DNA from: Thalia democratica
Taxonomy: Eukaryota
DNA length: 64,000 nucleotides
Reading direction: 5' to 3'
NCBI GenBank assembly: GCA_965202585.1
Contig: OZ241827.1
Coordinates: forward strand, 2,418,001-2,482,000
A program made the position numbers and the translations under genes. Below, piece after piece: positions 1 to 12,900 of the stretch. The notes beneath the pieces were generated by a model. It saw only the letters and a program-made list of their open reading frames with translations, had not been told where the DNA came from and did not search any database. The first letter of the stretch is position 1; every line of letters starts with the position of its first letter.

Positions 1-3000
1 TTTACTGTTACATTTGACCGCATAAACAAAGTTACCCTATATTGAAATTTGTAGTCCAATAGTTTTTTTCACATAGATGCAAAAAAAAACAAACAAACAA
101 ACAAAGTTTGCCTCAAATAATAAGTGCAATGTACGAATTCAGTTTTGGTTGTTTTTTTAAACTAGATGTTTTGAAAAGTAGGAATATGATAATTATTAAT
201 CTAAAAAAGTACTATTTAGAAATTAAAAAACAAAGAAATAAACTAAGTGCTTAGTTTTTAATTTGCTATAATTTACATAAGTATCTGTTGTGGTACTAAT
301 TAAATATTAATTAAATATTAATTAATCAGATGGTTATTGTATTATAAAACATTACTTAAAGTTCAAATTTACAGATAATGTTATATTTAAACTTTAAGGT
401 AAAAAAAGACTTCATAGGATTGTTTACACTTTTAAAGGTTAAAATGTAGTTTAAAAGTAATACTTATAATTATTCCAATTGTCAAACAAACCATGAGAAA
501 ATCTTTAGATTGTGTCTTCTTATTTTATCTAGTTTTTACGTAATTAATTCGTCTACTTACATCTTTTACTGAGAAAAACAATTAAATTTGCAGCTTAATT
601 TTTGTAAATAAACATTGTAAGCATAAAAACTGAGAGTTGAACCTAATTGAACTTTACAGGTAAAAAAGTTACAAAATGGGGGAAATTTTGAATTCTATGT
701 TTCAACTACGTAATATTACTTCCTAATAATGGACAGAATGAAAAACAAGCAACTAGATCTATTGATATAGAAAAAATGTTAAAAAAAGTTTATCATATAT
801 ATTTTTATAGATAACTCCGGGCAATTCGATTAGTTTGTAGTATAACGCTTGAAGCTAGAATTTAAAACGGGTAAATTCTAGTTGTGCTCAACTTGCAAAA
901 ACTAAAATAATTTATATGTGCATTTGAAAGTTTTATGTCTGGTAAAAAATAGGCAGAAGTTGATAAGGTGATCATATATTTGTCTGTAAACTCATTTTAC
1001 TGGAAAAAAATTATGACTATTAATGTAATTACTTCCTAACTAGTCTGGACTTGATAAGTTTGCATAACTAGCAACTTATTTCTTGTTAATAAATGTAAAT
1101 AAACGGAAAACTAACTGATTGAAACTAAACTCATTTAAACTTTTTTAAGAACGTAAATTTAACAATCAGTTTAATTACAATTTGTGTAAACCTTTTTTTT
1201 TAATTTTGAAGCTTTTAACAAGTGTTTGAGAACTTTAATTGAAATTCACTTATAAAACAAAACAAGCCTGTTTGTTTATTTCACTAATTTCCGATGTGGT
1301 TGTATTAATAAAATTAATACATATAATTGCATTTAAAAAAATTATCACAAAAAACTACTAAATCTAAAATAAGCATAGTAGGCAAACAGTTTGTATTACT
1401 AAATTAACATTAAATATAACTAGAAACATTAATGCCAGAAATATAGCGTGCAAGCTATAACTTATTTTGTTCTGAACATAAAAACATTTGTTTTAATAAT
1501 TTTAACGAAAATTAGAAGGTTGTTAAAACATTCTTTTACCATAACAGTTATACAGTACGTTTGTGTATAATAATACTAATTATTTTAAAACGTTGTCTTG
1601 TAAGTTATATTTTTTTAAGAACAGAAATTCACAAATAGATAACTAATAAATACCTAGAAAATTATAATAAAATTTAAAGAACCAACAAAACTTAAACTGT
1701 TAAGTTTTACTATCACTGTTAAAGTCTTTTTTAAATGACAATGGTTTAACTAATACTTTTCTGTTTTATTAATGCTTATGTTATTAACCCATTTAAGTAA
1801 AACTGTAGCAACTATTCACTGAAAGCTGATAGAGCTTTTAAATTTTAAGAATCACTTAAAATTTTGGTAGGTTATTGAAAAAAGTTGAGATTCTTAAGTT
1901 AAAGATTTTGAAATTTTGATGTAGTATCGATAAGTTTTTTTGAATAGAATTAGTTGCCCTTAAACTGTAAACAGTTAAAAACTTGTATATTAATTAAATG
2001 TTTTTATTATGTGTCCTGTCTATTTTTAACATAATCAGCGAAGCTATTAACTTCATTTAAAACACAAACTAAGCAAGTAAATAAGATTTTTTTTACTATA
2101 TAAGCTATACAAGCTTAACTTGAAAACATTTTAAAATAAGTTTTAGTAATAAGCTATAGCATTATATATAACAAAAATGTTTATTTTTAAGATTAATAAA
2201 ACCTTATAAATGTCTAGTTTTAACAATATAAAACTTTCATTATCTTAAATATAGTTTCTGCCTTTCAAATCACTTTTAGGTTAAACTGTCTTTGCTAATA
2301 GCATTGTATTAAAATTGAGTTAGTTAAATAACCTTCACATTAAATACCAAACTAAACTGAAAATCAAATCAGCAAGTGTATTTCAGTAACTTTTAATGGA
2401 AACAGTAACAAAGTTTTTCAAATACAAATCACTTTATACAAAAACCTGTGTTAAATTAAGTTTACAAAATAAAGTAGACTGAGTATAAGGTCATTCCTTG
2501 GTCAGTAAAAAACTCGGTTTCACGCTTAACATGTATTAAAACCAGTTAGGGAAGTAAACAATTTAAATCAACCAAGCTTTTAAATACCTAAAACTACATA
2601 CAATTTTTGTTGTTTGTTTTTAGATTCCTTACCTGAATTTTACTAAACGCTTTTATTTCAATTGAACTTGAAACTACATCGTTAGGTTTTCATTAATTAT
2701 TGAGTTTGACTTGAAACATTTGTGTTTAAAATACGATTTAATTAGTCATTATAAGTAAAAGCATCAGTAAGATTTTTTTTGTTATTCTGGAAGCTTTAGA
2801 ACTCTTTTTTTCTAGATAAAATATCCCAAACTTTATAAAATCTGCGTACAATAGTTTGTTAGGTAAATTCTTTTTTATTAGAAATGTTTTGATATTTTTC
2901 TAGTTGCATTTGTTGCTACATAACTTTATGGAACTTGTCGTAAAACAATTTGTGATTAAAAAATACTTTTACAGCTTATAAAAACTTGCTCAGCAAGTTA

Positions 3001-3092
3001 ATATATATAAAGACATATGTAATTTTGCAAAAGTAAACTGTGTGTACTGTTGGAAAAATAAAAATAACATGAACAACTTAACTAAATTGCTT

Positions 3093-3523
3093 TTAAAAAG
3101 TTGTACCAACTTTTGTCTGGTGGTCTTGACAACAAGCTTCTTGTAAACTTGGAATGACGTAACAGTGGTCGTGTCCGGTCAAAACACTAAAGTTTCCGAA
3201 GAGCCGAAGTAGTTTCCTTGGAACATACTTTTTGACATGCTTAACAACACTTTGTTTGCTTTAAAATAAGAAAAAAAACTATTAGAGGTTTTTGTTGTTG
3301 TTCTGTAACTTTTTATTCATTAAACCAATTAAAATATACTTTGTATGTTTATTTTGGAGCTGATTTCAGTGGATTATTCAATGAGTATGGTTAGCAAACT
3401 TCTTCCTTTTTAACAATTAAACCTTCATCGCACGTCTTTATTTGCATTGTTGGCCAATAAGTAGAATAGACATCTTCTTTAGTTATGTTAAAACAACCTT
3501 GACTCTTGCAAAAACATTCCTTA
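3093..3523 (-). CDS. Candidate terminal exon(s) of ZC3H3: two short open, GC-richer segments, ~3390-3523 (KECFCKSQGCF...TCDEGLIVKKEEVC*) and 3093-3258 (KQSVVKHVKKY...HDHCYVIP...GTTF*)
   Basis: Both segments follow AG acceptors and are open in the phase-2 frame needed after 6952. Which one is used, if either, cannot be decided from sequence alone. Confidence 0.3.
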
Positions 3524-5399
3524 CTAAACTTCAAAAGTTAACTTAACTCAAACAGAAATTTTTCTACTTTCAATAATAAACTAAATTAAACTTAAAAATA
3601 ATAGACAGCAAGTGTTGATCACACACATTAGACCACAACCTATTGGTAAAAAAACAAAGTTCTTAATAAAACTTATCAAAGTCATAAATAAAAAAACTTG
3701 CATGAATAGTTTTTAATTGCAATACATGTAATAGACGCTAGGAATTTTTAGATGCTTTATTTTTAGAAAGTTTAGGTTATATAATTAAGATGGCAGCTTT
3801 TGTAATATTAAAAATTAAATGTATACTGTATTTATTTGTTACCATATTGTAAAAATGTTTATCTGTTTTTACAAAAAAATATTAGTTCTTTAAAATTAGT
3901 TTTTCAGTTTCTAAAAGATTACAAACTAGTAAAACAGTACATATGTTAATAATTGTGAAGGCATTCTTTAATTATAGCAGTCCAAAGTAAAATAGTTGCT
4001 TGAATTTCGAAAACAAAAATTTTAGCACTTCAAGAAACTAGCTAATGAAAATTATCTGAAATAGTTTACTCGTAAAGTTTTAATAATTATACGAAGTTTA
4101 AAGTTTTATTGATTAACATATCGCTTTAAATAGCTTAAAGAATGCTATAAGGTTCTTCATAAGTTTGATATTTAAAAAATCTGTAACTAAAATTTACTAA
4201 CTTTTTTTTGACATTTTGAAGAATAATATATTTGCTTTATCAACAGAATTGTTACTAACAGTATTCAAAAGTTTAAAATTACCTATAAATATTTCACACA
4301 TAACTTTTCAATAAACAGTGGAAGTAATTATTTTTATAATTAAACACTATTTCATAAAAAATCAAAGTTAAATGGTATGACTTTATCAAACAATAATCTT
4401 TCAAATGAATGTAAAAATAAATTCATTTCAGGTTTTAAAATCCGCATGAATATCAAAGAAGTTTCAAAAGCAGAACCTTAGCTTCAGCAACACTAAATAT
4501 TATCAAATTAGTTTTATAGTTTCTCTTTATTAGAACAGTATAGATATTTAAACACTTTTTACAAAACAAAAATTTTACTAGCTTCATTAGCCTATTACAA
4601 CATTAATCTATTACGGTTAGTAGATTATGTCTTCAAGCATACTAATTATAAAAAAATATTATCTGGTATAAATGCTCGTTAGTAATTTAATAAATACAAA
4701 CTTATGTTGAGACTTCCAAAAATATTTTAATTCATGAAATAAAAATTTTATGCAGCAAATACTTTAAGGAAATGAAGAATTTAACACTTCTTAATTTACA
4801 AATTTTCGTAAATATCTTGGCTTTTAAACCAGCAAAAAGTTATTTTTATATTATTAGTGCTGTGATTTCTATTAAATTTATAAATCTTATTTTTTAGTAG
4901 GATTCGTAGCTAAACTATAGATTTTTAATTCAACCTGATTATTTTAGATTTGAGCTTTTCATTGAAGCAGTATATTTGTATTTTATAATTAATTATATAA
5001 TGACAATCAAACTCATATATTAACTTTCTTTTATAAAAAAATGATTACATAAATAAAAAACAAACAACAAAATTATCACAATTTTCATTTCTTCTTTATT
5101 ATTTCAACGAATAAAACAGACAAACACAACGTTTATTTAAAATAAAATAAAAGTAAAACTGGATTAAAAAAATTAATGCAGCTTCATTATTTTATAAAAA
5201 AAACAAAAATTCAGTTCACATAAATTTTAAAAAGTACAAAAAATTAAAAACTTTTATAATAAATCTGTCTATTTAGGCAAATGTAAACTAAATATAATAA
5301 CAAAAAAACAAACAAATAAAAATAGTTTATATAAAACTAACCAGTAGCTATAAATATTCTTAATTCGGTGGCAGCTTTGTTCGAAGGCAGAAATCCTAG

Positions 5400-5440
5400 T
5401 AGATAGTAAGGTTGTCAGTTCGAATCCGGGCGGTAGAGGA
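5400..5440 (+). pseudogene. tRNA 3'-half-like fragment (B-box)
   Basis: GTTCGAATCC at 5418-5427 in an otherwise AT-rich intron; no matching 5' acceptor strand. Confidence 0.3.
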
Positions 5441-6324
5441 TTTTATTTATATAATTATATTACAAAATTAAATAGTATTTAATACATTGAAAAAGTAGAT
5501 TTTGTACAGCGTAATTATTAAAAAAATAATACAAAAATATAACTATAACAGTAAGTAGAGATATATTAAGTACAGTTCATAATATCAATAATAATAATAT
5601 AATGATTTATATTTCAAGTACATGTCATAACATGATATACTTGTTTACTTATGAATATATTATATATACAATACAATTAAGCTTTTATATATTTTATCAC
5701 AAGTTTATATTAGGCACAACTTTGATATATTTCACAGTTAGTATATCAGCATTGGATATATTTTTTATACTTAATAGTAAGTTGTATTAAGCTTTTAAAC
5801 TTTATACTAAATTAAAGAAACTTTAAAAGTTTAAAGTTAAACTACAAAAAAAAAAATCATTTTAAAAGTTGTTAGTTTAATATATCTAATCACAAATATT
5901 AGTAGCTAATTGTATTGATTAATCAAAGTTCATATAATTAATTTGTTAAAGATGAGTAATTTTTTTTCTGAAAATAATTGATGAAATGATACTATCGTTA
6001 TTTTATCTGATTGTAATTAAAAAGTAAAAACATACCAATAAAAAATAAAAACATTACCATGTTAATGAAATTAATAATTTATTATTAATCAGATGTGAGG
6101 TCTATCACTTCTTTTTCTTTTGACCTGTTTTTATTATTAAAGCAGAAATTGCTCTTTTTTATGTGTTTAAAATTTAAAAAATGAAAATTAAACTTTTTAA
6201 ACAAACGATATTAAGTTTAGAGCACACTTTGGTTTTATCTAATTTTGAGGTAATTTTAATGAAATTTTTATAAAAATTTTAGAAAGCTTTAAACTTAAGA
6301 ATTGAAAAAAGTAGAGAATAAATA

Positions 6325-6661
6325 CAGGGTTGCCACTGGTTTTTGAGAAATTATTTCCAGGTTTTTGAAAGTACTCGTTTTTGGGTCTATTTTTAGTTTA
6401 AAGTTAAGTTTAAAGTTAAAAATGAATATAAGAATGGTAAAACAACAGTAAAAAGATACTGTAAAGCTATTTTAAATATTTTTTTGATGATGACAAAATT
6501 TTTTATCTATGTGATAGACTTGTCCTGTTAAATCGAAATTTTACTACTTAACATGTAAAAATTGTTCAAAAAAATGTTTTTTTTTCAATACTTGAGAAAA
6601 TTTAGGTTTTTTAGCCTAAATTGTCAAATTTCAGGTTTTTCCAGGTTTTGTGGCCACCCTG
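6325..6661. mobile_element. Non-autonomous DNA transposon (MITE), subfamily A, in a ZC3H3 intron
   Basis: TIR CAGGGTTGCCAC / GTGGCCACCCTG, subterminal TTCCAGGTTTT motifs, flanks TAAATA/TAAATG (6-bp TSD with 1 mismatch). Confidence 0.85.
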
Positions 6662-6951
6662 TAAATGTAAGGGAATTTATATTGTTAAACATAAAAACCA
6701 AAAAACACATAGTTTAAATCATCGAGTTTTTGAAAATTAAATTATTTTTTAAAAACACTTAATTCTTTACATTAAGTCAAAAATAAATTAAAAAGTATAT
6801 TTAATTAAAGGCTATTCATAAAAAAAAATATTGAAACAACATAAAAAAAAGAAATTAGTCAAAACTGTACATATAAAAAAGATCAACTAGTACTCTTAAA
6901 TAGTCAAAACAATGTATAAAGAATAATTTACAAACAACTAATTAAACTTAC

Positions 6952-6990
6952 GTATCAGAATTTGCATCTTCTTTAACCAATGTATTTAAC
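6952..6990 (-). CDS. ZC3H3: Probable ZC3H3 post-finger exon (LNTLVKEDANSD)
   Basis: ttttaaaag| acceptor, |gtaagt donor, 39 nt, phase 2 to 2, open frame. Confidence 0.65.
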
Positions 6991-9900
6991 CTTTTAAAAT
7001 ATTTAAATAAAATAATAAACAAGAATAAAAACTATAAATTAATTTTCTTAGTTTTCATGTAGGTTCAAACAAATGAAGAAAAATTTAAAAGTTATTCAAA
7101 ATATATGTTATATTGCAGATGGGAACTAAAACAATTAATTATTATGAAACACAACAAATTTATTTTGAGTAATCTTAAATAAATATTTTCTGTCACATTG
7201 TATAAACTCTTTAAATAACAGTCTTATTATCAGTGTCAAAAAATTTATTAAAGTTAAGGAAAAAAATAATTGAGAATACTTAATCAGCCTGTTAAATAAA
7301 TTAAATACATAAGAGTAAACTTTAATAAACTTAACTTTCTTAGATCTTGATTTAATTACAACAATTGTTTGCTGAACACAAAATTAAAAGCTTTTTTTTT
7401 GTTAACTAGGTGATATTATATTAGATAAAAGCTAATTAACAAAATGCTTCTTATTAAATCGTTTCTATATAAATTGCCCGTATTATTATTTAACAGTATT
7501 AAAAAAAGGTAATCACTTAATTCAATATGAACCAATTGCAAAACTTTACCATGACCACAACAATATTTCGATGTTATATTTAATTATAATTAAATTGGAA
7601 AACAGTAGAAAAGATCAATAAACTAAAGTTAATTAAAAACTCTACTGTGCTACTAATAAAAAAAATTAATTCTTTTTGAAATATATTGATTAAAAATTAT
7701 AATAAGAAAAATGTAAAAACACCTGGAAAAGGCAAACATTTTAAATAAAGTTCAAACGATTTAAGGTCATAATAAAAACCAACAGACCTTTTGATGTAGA
7801 ACTAAAACATTTACTAAAAACTTTTTTATGAACCAACATACATAATAAATAATTTTAATTACTAATATATCTACAACAAACAATTCATGTTCATATAAAA
7901 ACAATTAGAGCTTTTAATGTAAGGTTTTACAACATAAAACAAAAATTTATTATATACAAATTTTACAACTTAATGTTTATGTATTTATTCGCATTTGTGT
8001 TTCATACAAATTAATAAAATTCTACAACTTACTGTTTATGTATTAATTCACATTTGTGTTTCATACAAATTCCTTTCTTGTAAAAATCTGGACAAACTCT
8101 GAGGTGAAGCATCGGACACTGTGAAATTAAAATGTATTGCAATAAAAGTTATATCAAATATAAAAAAAAATAATTTATTTATTAACTTTATATAATTATA
8201 ATTATTTTCAGGTTTAATCAGCGTTTAAACAAAACTGCTCATAGCAAACAAGCTATTTTTCATGACAAATTTTGGTTTCAAACTAAATGTGTTTTCAAAT
8301 TACAAAGATTAAATTTACTGAAAAGATTAAATATTTATAAATAAATAACTAAAATTCAATATGTTGTTATTCATAAATAATTTATAGAATATTACCAAAT
8401 GCTTTCTTATAAACATTTAAGGTGGTCATAAAACTTCTTCACATTAATTATTCAGTTGCATTTTGTTATCCAGATTTACATTTGTTATCAACAAATTAAT
8501 GCTCTTTAAATGTACAGCAAAACACAAAAAAATCAATGAGTTATTTTATTCTAATTATAAAAAGGTGTTATTTGGTATTCATTCAAAGTTATCTGCAATA
8601 AAAAGTTGATTTTAAGGCACACTGCAATTAAACTATAATCTAAAAACTTTTGTTTTTGAGATTATTTGAAACTTGTTGTAAAACATGTAGGCCTTAAAAC
8701 GCACAAAAAAAATATGTTTTAACTAACAAATTTTATAAACCTAAAAACAAGTTTTACACTCAAATAACATAACAATCATTAATAACATAATAATAGCAAT
8801 AAATCCTTAATTAATTACGACGATAAATTAAAGAAAGAATATTTTAGTTTTTAGTGTCTCAAAGGTTGTGTGATGTTCTTTGTGATTTTTTTGTCTTTAT
8901 CGATCGTTTTAAATAAACAAATATTATTACTTAAACTTGATACTTAATATAAATAATACAACAAATACCTGATCTGCTAATTCGCATTTACCAGTTTCAG
9001 CAAATTTCTGGCAAACTTCAGCACTGGGTCCTAGGAAGACGTGTAAATAATTACAAGTTGATTTGAAGCACTTTCCCTGAAGAAAGAACGAGCACACTGG
9101 TATCTGAAATAAAAAAAAAAGTGATAACTAATTATTTTTTTTTACTTCAGAGCTATAGGCTTAAGTTTAAAAATAACTATGTGTAATTCTGGACAATTTA
9201 AATTAGTTTTGAAATTATAAAGAAATAGAACAAAATATTACATGCAACTTTTTGACAAACTATAATTAACAAATTAATCATTTTGCATTAAAGAGTTACC
9301 ATAGATTGAGCTTAAAAAATTTCCTGACTTTATAAAATCAAATTCTTAGGTAAAATCTATTCAAAAATACATAACCAAAGACTTGAAAGATTTCAATTTG
9401 TTCTAAATATTGAATAAGGCCCTGAAAAAAAGCTGAATTGCGAAAGCAAAAATTATAAAAATAACAACATTATCAAAATGCAGATTTTAGTGATGATAAA
9501 ATTTCTTATTAAGAGCATGTTTCAACTAAAATTCCTAACTTTTTTTTCAAAACCCCTATTTTTACTGACTTTTGTCCTTTTTTTTTGTTTTTCTAATTTT
9601 TCTGACTTTGTGTTAACCCTGCATAAAGTCATTTAAACCTGATCATGATTTTAAGGTCAAAAGTTTTAAGTGCTAAAACTTTATACAAAACTGTTATTAT
9701 TTATATTTAGATTTAATTTAAAATAAACCTTGGATTTTTCGTGAGAATCATTGCAGTCTTTTTCGTCGCATTCTCCTTTTAGAAACCTGTTTGGAAATTA
9801 TAACAAAAAAACAAAGAAAAACTCTCACATTAAATTCAGCTAAAATATGATTGGTTCAAAATATTCAGCTTCTTCTGTAAAACACTAAAAAGTCATTATC

Positions 9901-12900
9901 ATGGTTGCCACTGATCAAGCTGAGAAAAATTTCCTGACTTTTCCTGACTTTTTCCTGACTTTTTACAAAAATTTTCCTGACTTTTCTAAATCAAACTCTT
10001 AAATTAAACTTATTCTAAAATACATAATCTAACAATTGAAACTATATAAAGCTTTCAATCTAATTTTAATACAGGTTAAAAACAACAGTTTTATGCTGAA
10101 TTCTATCATCAAACTTCCAGTACATCACTTAAGTATGATTGATGTTTGTAATAAACAGCTCTATCAGCAAAATACTTGTATAATTACCTTATAAACACAG
10201 CTTGTCTGAAAGATGACACAATTTTTTAGAATTTCCTAGCATAAATGTATCTAAATAAACGAAACGACATATAAGGAACTTTTACAACTCAACAATAAAA
10301 CAATAACGAACTTTTACAGTTAAACATCAAAACAATAAAGAACTTAATAAAATACTGTTTTTTTAAATGTATGTACTAAAATTTATTTTCTCCGTTTTTT
10401 TATTAGCACTTCAACCTCTTTATCAAATAAACATATGGTTTCCTTCATCTGAACTGCAATCCGCTTCATTTTCTTGGCAGTTAAAATCATTTGCCTCATT
10501 TTATTTAAATCGCTCTCATCTGCTGCCCCTACACTTGTTGAAGAGAATGTTTTCTCTAAATCAAGCCACAACTTGTGGGCTTCATTTCTTTTCTTTTGGC
10601 ACTCATTTATTTTTACTTTCATTTATAAAATATTTACTCTTATCATTTAGTATAAAATTTTTAATAAACAAATATACTCTTATTTACTTTAAAAACTTAA
10701 GTTACTCTCCAAAAAATACAAATAATAAGTAAACTTAATCTTGGCATATACCTCTCTTATAAATAATTTTATAAATTTAAACAACTTTGAAAAAATTATA
10801 AAGAGGTAAAGTATACACATTAAATTGTTACATTAAATACTAAACTAGCTGCTTAGTTGTAAAGAACTCAAACTAATTATTTACTTAAACAAAAAACACT
10901 TTGATTCTAAAATTATGCTAGATAAACTTTTGTGTAAATATCACAGTTTCACTATGGAAGTGTCCTTGCTACAGATCATCAATACTAAAAAGCTTACAAA
11001 ATCTGCTTGTTCAAGTAGGGTACTTGTTCAATATGTTAATAGAATTTTTTGCAGTTTTATAATAAATATTTTACTAATTTATACCAGATGAAAGCATTGG
11101 AAATAAAATTAAATATTTTTGTAAATTTATAAGAAAATTTTCGATTTTTTTCTGATTTTAAAGGACTTTTAGTTAATTTTTACCATTTAAAGGCTTTGGA
11201 AAACAATAAATTTTGTAAGTTTAAATTGACAAAATCTGACTTTTTTTTTAATTTTATCAAATTTCCTGACTTTTCCTGACTTTTTTTTAAAACCCCCCAT
11301 TTTTTCCTGACTTTTCCTGACTTTTGTCATTTTTTTAATTTTTTCCTGACTTTTCCTGATTTCCTGACTTTTCCTGACCAAGTGGCAACCCTGCATTATG
11401 TTTAAAAGATTTTTTTTTCAATTATCAAGTTTTAAATTTTTATTTTAAAACAGAAGCACCCATACTTTTATTTCACATGTTCTTTTATATCTCTGATTAT
11501 CATTTATAAGTAATATACAAGAAACTGTTTTACATATAATATTAAAAGCATTTAAATTTTAGCGAGCTAAAAAAATATACAAACAAATCAAGCTGAGAGC
11601 TATAAAAACTGAAGAAAAACGTATAAATATCTAGTAAGAATAAATACACAAGATTTGTAACTACCATATATAAAACTATATTTAAAAAAAATTCTATTAT
11701 CATGTTATTTAATTTAAGTATACTAAAATAATGCTTTATAACTACACAGCATTAAATACAGTATTGGCAAACAGGTCTTATGAATCTGCAGTTTAAAATA
11801 ATTATCTTGGAACATAGCAAATTAAACATTTATATGTACTTTCATTAAACTTAAATAATAAATCAAAACATTTTAAACTAAATTTTGGTAAACTTTTAAA
11901 ATGGTTAAAAAACATTTAAAGTTACTTTTGGTAAACTATTGCAATAAACTAAAACATTTTAACTAAATTTTGGTAAACTATTGTAAAAAATCAAAATAAT
12001 TTAAGCTAACTTTTGGCAGATTGGTCTTTTTGTTCTATCATGAAGATATTTACATTTTGAACCTCGATTGCAATTCCCGTATCTATTTATTTAAAAGGAA
12101 AATACAAAACTTTAGTATTAATATTTAATATGTTTACAATGTGTTTAATCTTGATTAGATTGCAAACTATTTTTTATAAAAAGTACGAAAGTTTAAGAAC
12201 TTATAACTTCTATTTAAACTTTTGATTAATATCAATGAACATGAATATAATATAACTATAAATAGACAAAATAATGGAGACTAGTAAACTTACCAATAAG
12301 CACCTTATAAATAAGTTATTAGATTTAAAAACTACTTTTATCAATTATATTAAGTTTTAGCTGATTTATTTTTATCTAAAATCTAATTTAAACTGATTTA
12401 CTAATATCAGTCTTCAAATTAAATAAAAAATCTTTATTAATGAGTGTTTTTCGGTAGTTTATTTTTTCCTTATTAAACAAGAATAAGTTTAAAAACTTTA
12501 AAAAATAAGTGCAATCTGTTTTTTTGATTATTTTCTTTTTTCTCATGGTCATTTGACTTCGTTTTACTGCTAGCCTATAAAAAAAATGTATTATTCGTAA
12601 ATATTTGTACGTTAGTGTATATTTTGATTAAATGTTGTTAAATATTATTTTAACTTAAAATATGCTAAGAACTTTTTTTTTTAATTTAGGATATTTATTT
12701 ACTTAGTGAGCTTTAAAATATTCTAGTAAATATTATATATTTCTTATTAATAAACAAAAAACATCTTTAATAAAGTAAATTAAAGTTTATATGAGTAAAA
12801 CATACTAAGCAAAGTTTCAATATTTTAATAGCTCACAATAATAAATATCACTTTTATATATAAACATTACACTTAACAGCCAATAAAATCTTTAAATTAA

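Noticed and set aside
5360-5440. Functional tRNA gene (also 46744-46813)
   Set aside because: Only B-box/T-arm remnants are present; the acceptor and anticodon stems cannot be formed.
11187-11396. ORFs with RKSQE repeats here and at 38225-38478
   Set aside because: Translations of the TTTCCTGAC subterminal repeats of the subfamily B transposon.
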